Shown here piece by piece: positions 50,992 through 60,304 of a stretch of 64,000 nucleotides of DNA (within the stretch, counting starts at the first letter, position 1; each line of letters opens with the position of its first letter). The stretch is from contig LGEZ01000005.1 of NCBI GenBank assembly GCA_001508005.1, positions 10,150 through 74,149 on the forward strand, written 5' to 3'. The notes below the pieces were generated by a model. That model was not told the DNA's origin. It did no database searches and saw only the letters and a list, made by a program, of their open reading frames with translations. This DNA is from Clostridia bacterium 41_269 (GTDB taxonomy: Bacteria > Bacillota > DTU086). A program made the translations under genes and the position numbers.

Positions 50992-52596
50992 TTATATTTT
51001 TCCAATGTTAACGGCGGCTTTTATAAATTCCTTGAAAAGGGGATGAGGTCTTGTTGGACGGGATTTAAATTCAGGATGAAATTGACAGCCTATAAAAAAA
51101 GGATGACCTTCAATTTCCACAATTTCAACCAGTCTCCCATCAGGAGAAAAACCGCTGAATCTCATGCCCTTTGGCTCCAAAAGAGACCGATAATTGTTGT
51201 TGAATTCATAACGGTGACGGTGCCTCTCATAAACTAATTCCTTCCCTTGGTATATTTTATCAGCAAGAGTACCCTTCACAATCCTGCAAGGATATGCTCC
51301 CAAACGCATAGTTCCACCCATATCTTCAATATTTTTCTGTTCAGGAAGCAGATCAATAACGGGATGAGGAGTATTAGTATTAAACTCTGAGCTGTTGGCA
51401 TCATCAAGACCACATACATTTCTAGCAAATTCTACCACTGCAAGCTGCATTCCCAAACAGATACCAAGATAAGGAATTTTATTTTCCCTTGCATAACGAA
51501 TGGCAGCTATCTTCCCCTCTATACCACGCTCTCCAAAGCCTCCGGGCACAAGGATACCGTTAACACCAGCCAGAACATCCTCAGCTTTTCTTTTTTCCAA
51601 ATCACTGGCTGATATCCAGCGGATGTCTACCCCCACATTACAATCCACACCGCCATGGCGAAGAGCTTCTACTATACTGAGATAAGCATCAGGCAGCTCT
51701 ACATATTTGCCCACCAAAGCAATCTCCACGCGGCAGCCAGGACTGCACATCTTATCAACCATTTTTCTCCATTCTTCCATTTGAAGCTCTCCGCACTGCA
51801 GACCAAGCTTTTTAATAGCTATCCTATCCAGTCCTTCATCAGCAAGCATCAGGGGGACCTCATAAATATTATCACAGTCAATGTTTTGTATTACAGCTTC
51901 CCTTTCAATATCACAAAAAAGGGCAACCTTGTCTTCTATTTCTTTGGTAAGGGGACGCTCAGAACGGCAGACTATCACATCGGGCTGTATACCAATGCTT
52001 CTGAGCTCCTTTACACTGTGCTGAGTAGGTTTGGTTTTTGCTTCCCTTGCTGCTTTTAAATAGGGAACCAGTGTAACATGGATATACATTACATTGTCCC
52101 TTCCCACATCGCTTTTAAACTGCCTAATGGCTTCTAAAAAAGGAAGGGACTCAATGTCCCCCACAGTTCCACCAATTTCTGTTATTACAACATCTGTGTT
52201 TTCCTGTCCTAACCGGGTTATTCTCTCTTTTATTTCATTAGTAATATGGGGGATTACCTGAACAGTTCCCCCAAGAAATTCCCCTTTTCTCTCTTTTTTG
52301 ATTACGGACCAGTAAATTTTTCCTGCAGTAACATTGGAATCTTTAGTTAAATTTTCATCTACAAATCTCTCATAATGCCCAAGATCCAGGTCCGTTTCAG
52401 CCCCATCTTCCGTTACAAAAACTTCCCCATGCTGGTAAGGGCTCATGGTACCGGGATCTATGTTTATATAAGGGTCAAACTTCTGCAGAGCTACCCTTAA
52501 TCCCCTGTTCTTCAGCAATCTTCCCAGCGAAGCTGCTGTAATCCCTTTTCCAAGAGAAGATACAACACCACCAGTTATAAAAATATATTTAGCCAT
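50992..52596 (-). CDS. pyrG: CTP synthase
   Basis: 534 aa. N-terminus [19 protein letters not shown] and a glutamine amidotransferase domain with GICLGMQ. Confidence 0.97.
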   Translation of the reverse strand: MAKYIFITGGVVSSLGKGITAASLGRLLKNRGLRVALQKFDPYINIDPGTMSPYQHGEVFVTEDGAETDLDLGHYERFVDENLTKDSNVTAGKIYWSVIKKERKGEFLGGTVQVIPHITNEIKERITRLGQENTDVVITEIGGTVGDIESLPFLEAIRQFKSDVGRDNVMYIHVTLVPYLKAAREAKTKPTQHSVKELRSIGIQPDVIVCRSERPLTKEIEDKVALFCDIEREAVIQNIDCDNIYEVPLMLADEGLDRIAIKKLGLQCGELQMEEWRKMVDKMCSPGCRVEIALVGKYVELPDAYLSIVEALRHGGVDCNVGVDIRWISASDLEKRKAEDVLAGVNGILVPGGFGERGIEGKIAAIRYARENKIPYLGICLGMQLAVVEFARNVCGLDDANSSEFNTNTPHPVIDLLPEQKNIEDMGGTMRLGAYPCRIVKGTLADKIYQGKELVYERHRHRYEFNNNYRSLLEPKGMRFSGFSPDGRLVEIVEIEGHPFFIGCQFHPEFKSRPTRPHPLFKEFIKAAVNIGKI

Positions 52597-52878
52597 GATG
52601 CACCCTCCGATTCCTGTTCAAAAAATCACACTTTTCTATTCTAACTCTTCTGAAATAGTTGGGTCAAATGGATTTTTTATGATTATTTTTAAATGGACTT
52701 TACTGGCTATGCCTTTTCCCCAAAAATTTGACCTAAAATGTAACCTAAAAACAGTCCAACTATTCCCATCACTCCTGCTAACGTAGGAAAAGCAGGTACC
52801 GGAAGGTTAAAAAGAGAAAAAAGAAAACCAGTAAGGCATCCATAAGAAGAGAAAGGAGTATTTCCTGCATTTTGTTTC

Positions 52879-54561
52879 CTACATCCTTTCTGGGGCTGTA
52901 ACCCCTAAAAGATTCAAAACGTTGCGCAGTACAATTCTGGTGGCATTTACCAGCACCAATCTTGCTGCCTGTTTTCCTTCATCTTCACCAAGAACACGGC
53001 ATTCAGTATAAAAACTGTGGAACATGCCCGCCAGCTCAATGGCATAATGGGGAAGTCGATGGGGCTCCAAAGTTTCTGCACAGGCTTTCACTAAACCAGG
53101 AAATTCAGCAAGTTTTCTTATGAGTTCCAGTTCCACTTCACTGTCCAAAACGGTTAAATCGGTCTTATACGCCCTGGGAATTTCCACTCCCTTTTCAACA
53201 GCCTGACGCAGTATGCTGATTATACGAGCATGGGCATACTGAACATAATAAACAGGGTTTTCACTGGACTCCTTCTTTGCCAGATCAAGATCAAAGTCCA
53301 GATGGCTGTCTGCAGCCCTCATAACAAAGAAAAACCTTGCCGCATCTTTCCCCACTTCGTCAATAAGTTCATCTAGGGTTATGTACTGACCGGTCCTCTT
53401 AGACATCCTCAAAATTTCGCCGTCTTTAAAGAGGCGTACCAGCTGCATAATGATAATATCCAGCTTGTCTTTGTCATAGCCAAGGGCCTCCATTGCACCT
53501 TTCATACGGACAACATGACCGTGATGATCCGCACCCCATATGTTAATAACCCTGTCAAATCCTCTGTCAAATTTATTTTTATGATAGGCAATATCCGCCG
53601 CAAAATAAGTGGGCATTCCATTTTTTCTAACCAAAACTTCATCTTTTTTATCACCAAAAAGGGTGGATTTAAACCATAATGCTCCATCTTTCTCGTATAC
53701 ATATCCCCTTTTTCTGAGCTCCTCTATAACTTCATTAACTGCTCCACTTTCGTGAAGTGTGTGTTCACTGAACCAAACATCAAAGGCCACTCCAAATCTT
53801 TCAAGAGACTCCTTTATGGATTTGAGCTTTTCCTTTAAGGCATATTCTGTAAGAGCTTCTCTTCTAACTTCTGGATCTGCTTCAAGATACTTATCCCCTT
53901 CCAGCTCAATAAAATTTCTCATGGTTTCAATTAAATCTTCTCCGTGGTAGCCATCCTCAGGCACCTCAGCTTCTTTCCCCAAAAGCTGCAGATATCTAGC
54001 CTCCAAGGATTTTGCGAAGTTTTCAATCTGATTACCCGCATCATTTATATAAAATTCTCTGGTAACTTTCCACCCCGCAGCCTCTAAAACATTTGCTATG
54101 GTATCCCCTATGGCAGCTCCCCTAGCATTACCCATATGGAGAAGTCCCGTTGGATTTGCACTGACAAATTCAACCTGCACCTTTTTACCATTTCCCACAT
54201 TAGATCTGCCGTACTTCTTATCACCTCTCTCAACAACCTCCAGGACCTGATAAAGCCATTCACGCATTAAAGTAAAATTAATAAATCCGGGTCCAGCAAT
54301 TTCCACATCCTTTATCCATGTATTGGAAGTATCCAAATGCTTGATAATAATTTCTCCAATTTCCCTTGGTGGCTTTTTAGTTTGAGAAGCAAGGATTATT
54401 GCCAAATTGGAAGCAAAATCCCCATGGCCTTTTTCCTTAGGAACTTCAACTATAAAAAAAGGAAGCTCCTCAAAATTTAAATCCCCCTCATCCTTTGCTT
54501 TGAGCACAGCTTCCTTAAGCCTTTCTTCAATCTCCTTCTGAATGATCCCCACTATATCCAT
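52879..54561 (-). CDS. argS: arginine--tRNA ligase
   Basis: 560 aa. Class I HIGH-like (PTGLLHMGNARG) and KMSKR-like (RMSKR) motifs. Confidence 0.97.
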   Translation of the reverse strand: MDIVGIIQKEIEERLKEAVLKAKDEGDLNFEELPFFIVEVPKEKGHGDFASNLAIILASQTKKPPREIGEIIIKHLDTSNTWIKDVEIAGPGFINFTLMREWLYQVLEVVERGDKKYGRSNVGNGKKVQVEFVSANPTGLLHMGNARGAAIGDTIANVLEAAGWKVTREFYINDAGNQIENFAKSLEARYLQLLGKEAEVPEDGYHGEDLIETMRNFIELEGDKYLEADPEVRREALTEYALKEKLKSIKESLERFGVAFDVWFSEHTLHESGAVNEVIEELRKRGYVYEKDGALWFKSTLFGDKKDEVLVRKNGMPTYFAADIAYHKNKFDRGFDRVINIWGADHHGHVVRMKGAMEALGYDKDKLDIIIMQLVRLFKDGEILRMSKRTGQYITLDELIDEVGKDAARFFFVMRAADSHLDFDLDLAKKESSENPVYYVQYAHARIISILRQAVEKGVEIPRAYKTDLTVLDSEVELELIRKLAEFPGLVKACAETLEPHRLPHYAIELAGMFHSFYTECRVLGEDEGKQAARLVLVNATRIVLRNVLNLLGVTAPERM

Positions 54562-54740
54562 AATCCCAGCCCGGCCTAAAAGCCGGGTTCACCTCCTTTT
54601 CTCTTATATTCTCCCATCTAATAATTTTTTTGATAAAGCTGGCCATATTGGATTTCTACCCTTATTAATTTTATGGCAGTATTTTTACTCCTAATAGGTT
54701 TACTATTTCCACAAATTTGAGAACTTACCTTTCATGATTT

Positions 54741-54776
54741 AATAAAAAAACCCTTCCGCTTAAAGCGGATAGGGTT
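54741..54776 (-). terminator. rho-independent terminator after the anti-sigma gene
   Basis: Minus RNA AACCCUAUCCGCUUUAAGCGGAAGGGUU followed by UUUUUUAUU. Confidence 0.6.
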
Positions 54777-54798
54777 TTTATTAAACGCAGCACTATTC

Positions 54799-56526
54799 TT
54801 AGGGAAGAGAAGCCAGCCAAACACCGCTTTTTCCAGTTCCAGCATCAACCCATTCCATCAATATCCGGCGGGAGTCTTGGGACCATTCAACATAATTTAC
54901 ATAGCCCCGGCGGTCTTCAGGAATTATGGGAAGTACCCTTCCCCTATCTTTGTCGCCGTCTCTATACAGCACATATAATTTCCCACTTTTTCCAGTGAAG
55001 GCAATTTTGGTGCCGTCAGGGGACCAAGAAACAACCTTTCCCCCACCAAATTCAGATATTTTACTCCATTTCCTTCCCCCAACATCTACACACCACAATC
55101 CACTATCACTGGAATTTTTGCTGCCCGCATCCACATTAACAGCCAACCACTGTCCCTTTGGGGACCAAGCTGGAACCATCGCCGCATTTTTAATAAGGGG
55201 TGTTACCTGGTGTATCTCTTCTCCGTTCCTATCTGCTATAAATATTCCGCCTTTCTTCCCTTCTTTATCTCTTAAGGATCTGAAGAAAGCTAGCTGTTTT
55301 CCGCTGGGAGACCATATAGGAAAGCTTTCTTCATTTTCAGTCTTGCCTATAACCCATACTTTACCTGCCGCACTGCTGACCATTATGTCAGTATTTCCAA
55401 AACGCTGAGTAAGAAAAGCCAGGTCTCCTAAAACCGACCAAACTGGGTTATAACCCCATTGGGAACCTTTTTCTGGCATGGCATCTTCATCAAAAGCCGC
55501 CGTAATATTGGTAAGCTGTCCTTGAAGATCGCTGCACCATATTTCCCAGTATTCATTTCTGTCAGTAACAAAAGCCAGCTTTTTCCTATCAGAAGACCAT
55601 GCAGCCCCACCTTTGATTTCAAGGGGAATAAACAGTCCCCTTTTACCCACTATGCTGCTTTTGGACCCTTCACTGTTTGTCTGCCAAACTACATATCCAT
55701 TGCCCCCTGGAGCTCCCCTTTGGGAAAGATAATATATTACATCTTTTCCTGCCCACACAGGGCGTACATTGTTGTAGCTTTCGTTTACTGCCAGTGGAGT
55801 TAAAAATACCGTTTCAGCTTCCAGCACTTCTGCTTTATTCCCTTCTGCTTTTTGATCAGCAAACAAACTTTCACTTATTTCTACAAAACCACCATCTGAG
55901 CTGGATTTTCTGCCTTCCTCTTGAGACCCATTTCCTAAAACTTTACTGAAAAGACTGTCTCCTTCCTCCAGCATATTTCCAATCTCCAGAACTTTATAAT
56001 AGGCAGAAGCAGTCTTAACAAGAATATTTTTCCACAAACTGTTTTCTCCTAAAAAGCCTGCAGTGCCACCAAAGAAACTTACGGCCAGAATTAAAACGAC
56101 AATTACAGCAGCAGCCGTCCATTTAGGGACAGTTTTTAATCTATTGGTAATGCTTTCTAAAAATCTATTTTCTAAAAATCTACTATAAAGCGATTCCCTT
56201 TCCTTACTTCCTGCTGATTCCCTCTGCGGCAGTCCGCTTCCCTCATCAGTTTTATCTTTTTTATCTTTGGCATCAAAGGTTGAGTTTATACACTCCATAA
56301 CCCCATCAGCAAAATCCTCAGGGGGTTCTAAAAAAACCATTGAACTCTTTAAAAGCTTATCCATACTGCGGAACTCATCTAGATACTGGGCACAGTGCGG
56401 ACAGGAGGAAAGATGCCTATACAGTTCCTTCTCGTTTAAGGTATCCAGTTCTCCATCTAAGTAGGAAGATATTTTCCTTCTATACTCGGGACATTTCACG
56501 GACCGGCCCCCCTTCCCCTTTAGCAT
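54799..56526 (-). CDS. anti-sigma factor: N-terminal zf-HC2 zinc-finger domain, single TM, C-terminal TolB-like (PD40) beta-propeller
   Basis: CPEYRRKISSYLDGELD...HLSSCPHCAQY is the zinc-binding anti-sigma motif. Repeated WSPDGK/WSPKGQ/WSPDGTKIAF PD40 units. The start could also be GTG at 56499 after a GGGGAAGGGGGG RBS. Overlaps the sigma gene end. Confidence 0.8.
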   Translation of the reverse strand: MLKGKGGRSVKCPEYRRKISSYLDGELDTLNEKELYRHLSSCPHCAQYLDEFRSMDKLLKSSMVFLEPPEDFADGVMECINSTFDAKDKKDKTDEGSGLPQRESAGSKERESLYSRFLENRFLESITNRLKTVPKWTAAAVIVVLILAVSFFGGTAGFLGENSLWKNILVKTASAYYKVLEIGNMLEEGDSLFSKVLGNGSQEEGRKSSSDGGFVEISESLFADQKAEGNKAEVLEAETVFLTPLAVNESYNNVRPVWAGKDVIYYLSQRGAPGGNGYVVWQTNSEGSKSSIVGKRGLFIPLEIKGGAAWSSDRKKLAFVTDRNEYWEIWCSDLQGQLTNITAAFDEDAMPEKGSQWGYNPVWSVLGDLAFLTQRFGNTDIMVSSAAGKVWVIGKTENEESFPIWSPSGKQLAFFRSLRDKEGKKGGIFIADRNGEEIHQVTPLIKNAAMVPAWSPKGQWLAVNVDAGSKNSSDSGLWCVDVGGRKWSKISEFGGGKVVSWSPDGTKIAFTGKSGKLYVLYRDGDKDRGRVLPIIPEDRRGYVNYVEWSQDSRRILMEWVDAGTGKSGVWLASLP

Positions 56527-57082
56527 GAAGCCTCTTTTGAAGAAGCGCTTTACCCCTGTACAGACGCGTTTCAATAGTAGTAATGGGCAGATCCAGTATT
56601 TCAGCTATTTCTTTATAAGAAAGGTCTTCCATATACCTCAAAATTATGGGAAGCCGGTATTTGTCCGGAAGCTCTGCAACTGCCTGCCGAACAAGCTCCC
56701 GCATTTCCCTTCGTTCATAATATTCTTCAGGGTGAATGTCCTTAGGGACTGACAGCGGAGAAAAATTAATAACTTTATCCAAAGGAAAGGACTGCTGTTG
56801 ATGCTTTTCCCTGCGCATAGCATTACAGCATACATTGCTGGCAACCTTGTACATCCAGGAAAAAAAATTACGTTTGCCATCATATTTTGGCAGCACATTA
56901 TACAGATGTATAAAAATTTCCTGCGCAAGGTCCCTTGCGTCCTCAGGGTTATTGGTAAACCTGTATGTAAGACTGTAAATCTGTTTTTGGTATCTCATCA
57001 CAAGAACGGAAAAAGCATCTTTTTTCCCATTAAGGACTAATTTTACCAACTGCTGGTCGCTCAGGTTTTCCATATTTACCAC
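56480..57082 (-). CDS. ECF (sigma-70 family group IV) RNA polymerase sigma factor
   Basis: 200 aa. Region 2 (DLAQEIFIHLY...FFSWMYKVASN) and region 4 (SYKEIAEILDLPITTIETRLYRGK). Confidence 0.9.
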   Translation of the reverse strand: MVNMENLSDQQLVKLVLNGKKDAFSVLVMRYQKQIYSLTYRFTNNPEDARDLAQEIFIHLYNVLPKYDGKRNFFSWMYKVASNVCCNAMRREKHQQQSFPLDKVINFSPLSVPKDIHPEEYYERREMRELVRQAVAELPDKYRLPIILRYMEDLSYKEIAEILDLPITTIETRLYRGKALLQKRLHAKGEGGPVREMSRV

Positions 57083-57086
57083 TCTT

Positions 57087-57125
57087 TCATTCTAGAGCCT
57101 CTTATCATTCTAGAACCTCTTATCA
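57087..57125. repeat. 18-bp tandem direct repeat (2 copies) immediately upstream of the ECF sigma start
   Basis: Two copies, tcattctagaGcctcttatca and tcattctagaAcctcttatca. On the coding strand each copy carries AAGAGG followed by ATG. Confidence 0.6.
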
Positions 57126-57170
57126 TATACTACACCTAATAAAAGCCAAAACCTTCACATAAATGCAAAA

Positions 57171-57818
57171 TTAAGTCAAAAATGCAGCAACTACTCCCAC
57201 AAGAAATATGCCGTCAAAAACTCCGGCCCCTCCAATACTAAGCACCTGTGCCCCAAGTTCATCAAGGTAATGCAGATTCAATAGGTCTGCTCCAATAAGG
57301 GTACCCAAAACCCCTGAAATGAAGGCCACGGGTGCTGCATTTTCCTTTGCAAGGATAAGGGCAAGGGCAGCTGCTATTAAAGGAGGTATAAAAGCAGGCA
57401 TGCTGATACCCACTCCAGGAACAGGTCTTGCAAGTTTTTTGGAAACAAAAGTAATTACTGCAGTGGCAATTAAGGAAGGGATAAACGGCGCTTTAAAAAA
57501 AAGGAGATATAGGCTAAATAAGGTGGGGATAACTGCCCCTCCTAAATTGACAGCTATAACCTGTTCCCTAACCCTTGGGGGATAATAGTAAAAAAAAGGA
57601 AATCTATAAGGATAGGGATCTTCTATATAAATTCTTTTTCTTGATACGGGAATATTAATAACACTTCCAAAAAGTATAGATGTAAACAGCAGCATTGCAC
57701 CCAAGGGAGAAAGACCCAGTTTGGCAAAGGAAAGGGCTGTGATATTGAAGAACATAATGAAAAACAGCATTGGTAAAAAAAATATGGACAGCAGTAAAGG
57801 TATCAAACAGCCAGGCAT
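57171..57818 (-). CDS. DUF1614 family membrane protein
   Basis: 215 aa polytopic membrane protein. Confidence 0.55.
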   Translation of the reverse strand: MPGCLIPLLLSIFFLPMLFFIMFFNITALSFAKLGLSPLGAMLLFTSILFGSVINIPVSRKRIYIEDPYPYRFPFFYYYPPRVREQVIAVNLGGAVIPTLFSLYLLFFKAPFIPSLIATAVITFVSKKLARPVPGVGISMPAFIPPLIAAALALILAKENAAPVAFISGVLGTLIGADLLNLHYLDELGAQVLSIGGAGVFDGIFLVGVVAAFLT

Positions 57819-57905
57819 ATATCTTCTCCCTTCAAAAGACAGAATTATTCCAAAACCAATGCTTCTTCACCAACGTTTTCATCTGGCACTTTTTAAAAAG
57901 ACCAC

Positions 57906-58607
57906 TTATTTGATCCATAGTGCTGCAACAAAACCCGCTCCATCCTTATTTTGAGCCCTTCCTTCCTGTTCCATAGCTAAAGCTCTATCACGATCAAAGT
58001 TTTTTCGATCCGGAGGAAAATATAGAGCTTTTACAGCCTTTCCTTCTACCTCTGGTAAAAGGGAAAGGAGCTCCTTAGCTGTATAAAATTTAGCATGCCT
58101 AAAAACAGAGTTTTCATCTTCTTCAGCATTTCTTTTGTATTTTTCACTCCACGGACTGTTGGCTCCTATAACACCAACAACCATTCTTCCCCCAGGTTTT
58201 AAAACCCTAAAACCTTCCCTTAACGCCTTTGTAGGTTCCGGGAAAAACTCAAGGGCAGTAACGGAAACAACTAAGTCAAAGGTTTCATCTTCAAAAGGCA
58301 GATTATGGGCGTCTTCTTCTAAAAAATTTATGTCAAGTCCTAATTTTCTGCTTTTTTTAACAGCATAGGAAATCATTTCCTTAGAAATATCCACACCGGT
58401 AACCTCAAGCCCCATTTTTGCCAATTCAATGGAATAATGCCCTGTGCCGCATCCCAAATCAAGAACCTTTTGCCCAGCTTTTGGCTTCAATAGATCAAAA
58501 ACTACTTCTTTTTCAATTTCATGAACAAGGCTGCCCAGCTCCGTCTCATACCAAGCATCATATTCATGAGCGGCAGAATCAAATATAGCCTTGCCCAATA
58601 AAAACAC
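57906..58607 (-). CDS. class I SAM-dependent methyltransferase
   Basis: 233 aa. Motif I VLDLGCGTGHYS, motif post-I, and LKPGGRMVV. Confidence 0.8.
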   Translation of the reverse strand: MFLLGKAIFDSAAHEYDAWYETELGSLVHEIEKEVVFDLLKPKAGQKVLDLGCGTGHYSIELAKMGLEVTGVDISKEMISYAVKKSRKLGLDINFLEEDAHNLPFEDETFDLVVSVTALEFFPEPTKALREGFRVLKPGGRMVVGVIGANSPWSEKYKRNAEEDENSVFRHAKFYTAKELLSLLPEVEGKAVKALYFPPDRKNFDRDRALAMEQEGRAQNKDGAGFVAALWIK

Positions 58608-58625
58608 CTCCTAGAAAACAAAAAC

Positions 58626-59480
58626 TTAATTAGCTTTTGGCAGTGATGTTTCTTTCTTGGGAAGATAAACCCTAAACGTGGTGCCAGATCCTTTTCGGGA
58701 AATAAGTTCTAATTTCCCCCCGAATTTCTCTATAATGCGTTTAACAATGGGCAGGCCCATACCAGAACCCTTCTCCCCTTTTGTACTGAAACCAGGTTCA
58801 AAAATTTTATCAAAAAGCTGAGGAGGGATATGTCCCGGGTTCCATATTTCAAAAATATAAAATTCCTTATCTTCAGAAATTTCAATGCGTACATTATTTA
58901 TTTCTTCGTGTCTTTGTGCCTCAAAAACAGCATTATCAATAAGATTTCCCAAAATACTTATCACTTTATCAGGCGGTAGAGAAAGGTGTTTCAGATCTGT
59001 CTTAATCACTGGCTCAATAACAACATTCTCCGACAAAGCCATTTTCTTGCACAGCAGAGCTGCAACTTCGACACACTTTAGACCTGTTATCCTGTCCACC
59101 GTTTTTAAGTCATTAGATATGTATTCCATGTACTTTTTGAGCGCCCTTTTTTCTCCCCTTTCAACCAGCCCATATAAAACCTGAAGATGGTTTGCAAAAT
59201 CATGCTGTTTGGCTTTAAGGGTGCTAATAAGAAAATTGCTTTCTTCCAGCCTTGCCAAAGCAATTTCAGCATCTTTTTCCTTTCTGGCAAGCCTCAACAG
59301 TTCTTTGACCATAAATAGGCAAAGCCCTGCAGAGAAAACAACAATTAAGATTATTACAGCAGGAAGTACGTTGAAAATAAAATCCAAGGTGTGATTTAAG
59401 TAACTAACAGCAATATATAGGTTTAGAAAAACCTGACAAAGCACTATATTCAAAAATATTATTAATTTTCTATCTTTCAA
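58626..59480 (-). CDS. HPK10 (AgrC/ComD-type) sensor histidine kinase, kinase core plus last two TM helices
   Basis: 284 aa. H-box KQHDFANHLQVL, N-box GNLIDNAVFEA, G-box GSGMGLPIVKRI. Confidence 0.8.
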   Translation of the reverse strand: MKDRKLIIFLNIVLCQVFLNLYIAVSYLNHTLDFIFNVLPAVIILIVVFSAGLCLFMVKELLRLARKEKDAEIALARLEESNFLISTLKAKQHDFANHLQVLYGLVERGEKRALKKYMEYISNDLKTVDRITGLKCVEVAALLCKKMALSENVVIEPVIKTDLKHLSLPPDKVISILGNLIDNAVFEAQRHEEINNVRIEISEDKEFYIFEIWNPGHIPPQLFDKIFEPGFSTKGEKGSGMGLPIVKRIIEKFGGKLELISRKGSGTTFRVYLPKKETSLPKAN

Positions 59481-59505
59481 AGAACTGTCATCCCTTTTTT
59501 ATTAT

Positions 59506-59979
59506 TTATTCTAACTCAAACAACTTGATGTAACTTAATCCAAATATTTTATTGAGAATTAGTAATAAAATAAGGAATGTATCCTCCAAGTAGCCGAACA
59601 ATATATGAAGCCATACGCTGCTAAGAATATGCTCCCATGTTAAATTTATCTGCTGAATAATTAAATTGATAAACCAGTTTCCAATCAAAATTAATGAAAA
59701 TCCCGTCAGCACTGCCCCCACAGAAAATATCCAATTCACTTTACCAATAAACTTCATTAAAAGAATTGATAAGACAACCAAAATTAGAGTATGAGTACCT
59801 AAGGGAATGTTATACATTGCATAAAGTCCCCTCACAAACCAAATACAAAGGCTGTATAGACCTGCCGTACATAGAAGCCTTGGAATGGAAAGTTTTAATT
59901 CAAACATTGCCAGCCCAGTATAAAACAAAAGGACAGCCTCTCCAAAATAAAAAAATAGCAAAACTCGTATATCATCCAT
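59506..59979 (-). CDS. polytopic membrane protein, probable detached N-terminal sensor module of the downstream HPK10 kinase
   Basis: 157 aa, 4 to 5 TM. Ends 26 nt before the kinase start in a different frame. The combined length of about 440 aa equals a full AgrC-type kinase. Confidence 0.5.
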   Translation of the reverse strand: MDDIRVLLFFYFGEAVLLFYTGLAMFELKLSIPRLLCTAGLYSLCIWFVRGLYAMYNIPLGTHTLILVVLSILLMKFIGKVNWIFSVGAVLTGFSLILIGNWFINLIIQQINLTWEHILSSVWLHILFGYLEDTFLILLLILNKIFGLSYIKLFELE

Positions 59980-60140
59980 AATAATTCAACCCTATTTTTT
60001 TATCTGTATTATTTTTTTATCTGTATTTCTAATACTTCCAGTGCTGGCTTAAGTACAAGCAGGCTTGGGAATCGTAAGGCAGTTTATTTTTTGGGGATTT
60101 CGGCAGGAATTTTTTATGCTGAAAGATGAAGCAAACCTTG

Positions 60141-60155
60141 TTTTTTTTTTTTTTT
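60141..60155. repeat. T15 homopolymer tract
   Basis: 15 consecutive T residues in the intergenic region downstream of the DNA methyltransferase gene. Confidence 0.9.
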
Positions 60156-60304
60156 GAAAATGCTATCTTTTACCATAGGACATTAATTCTATGATAACTG
60201 CTAATTTCCTTTCAAATACAAACGAAATACAATAATAAATTTTTATTAGACAGCTTTTTGTTTATCTTACTTGTAACAAACCTTCACTGCTATACTTAGA
60301 ACAG

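Noticed and set aside
54562-54798. Possible T-box leader upstream of argS
   Set aside because: I searched the minus-strand leader for the T-box consensus (AAUUAGGGUGGUACCGCG) and a specifier-loop architecture and found none. There is only a short hairpin near the RBS, plus the upstream gene's terminator.
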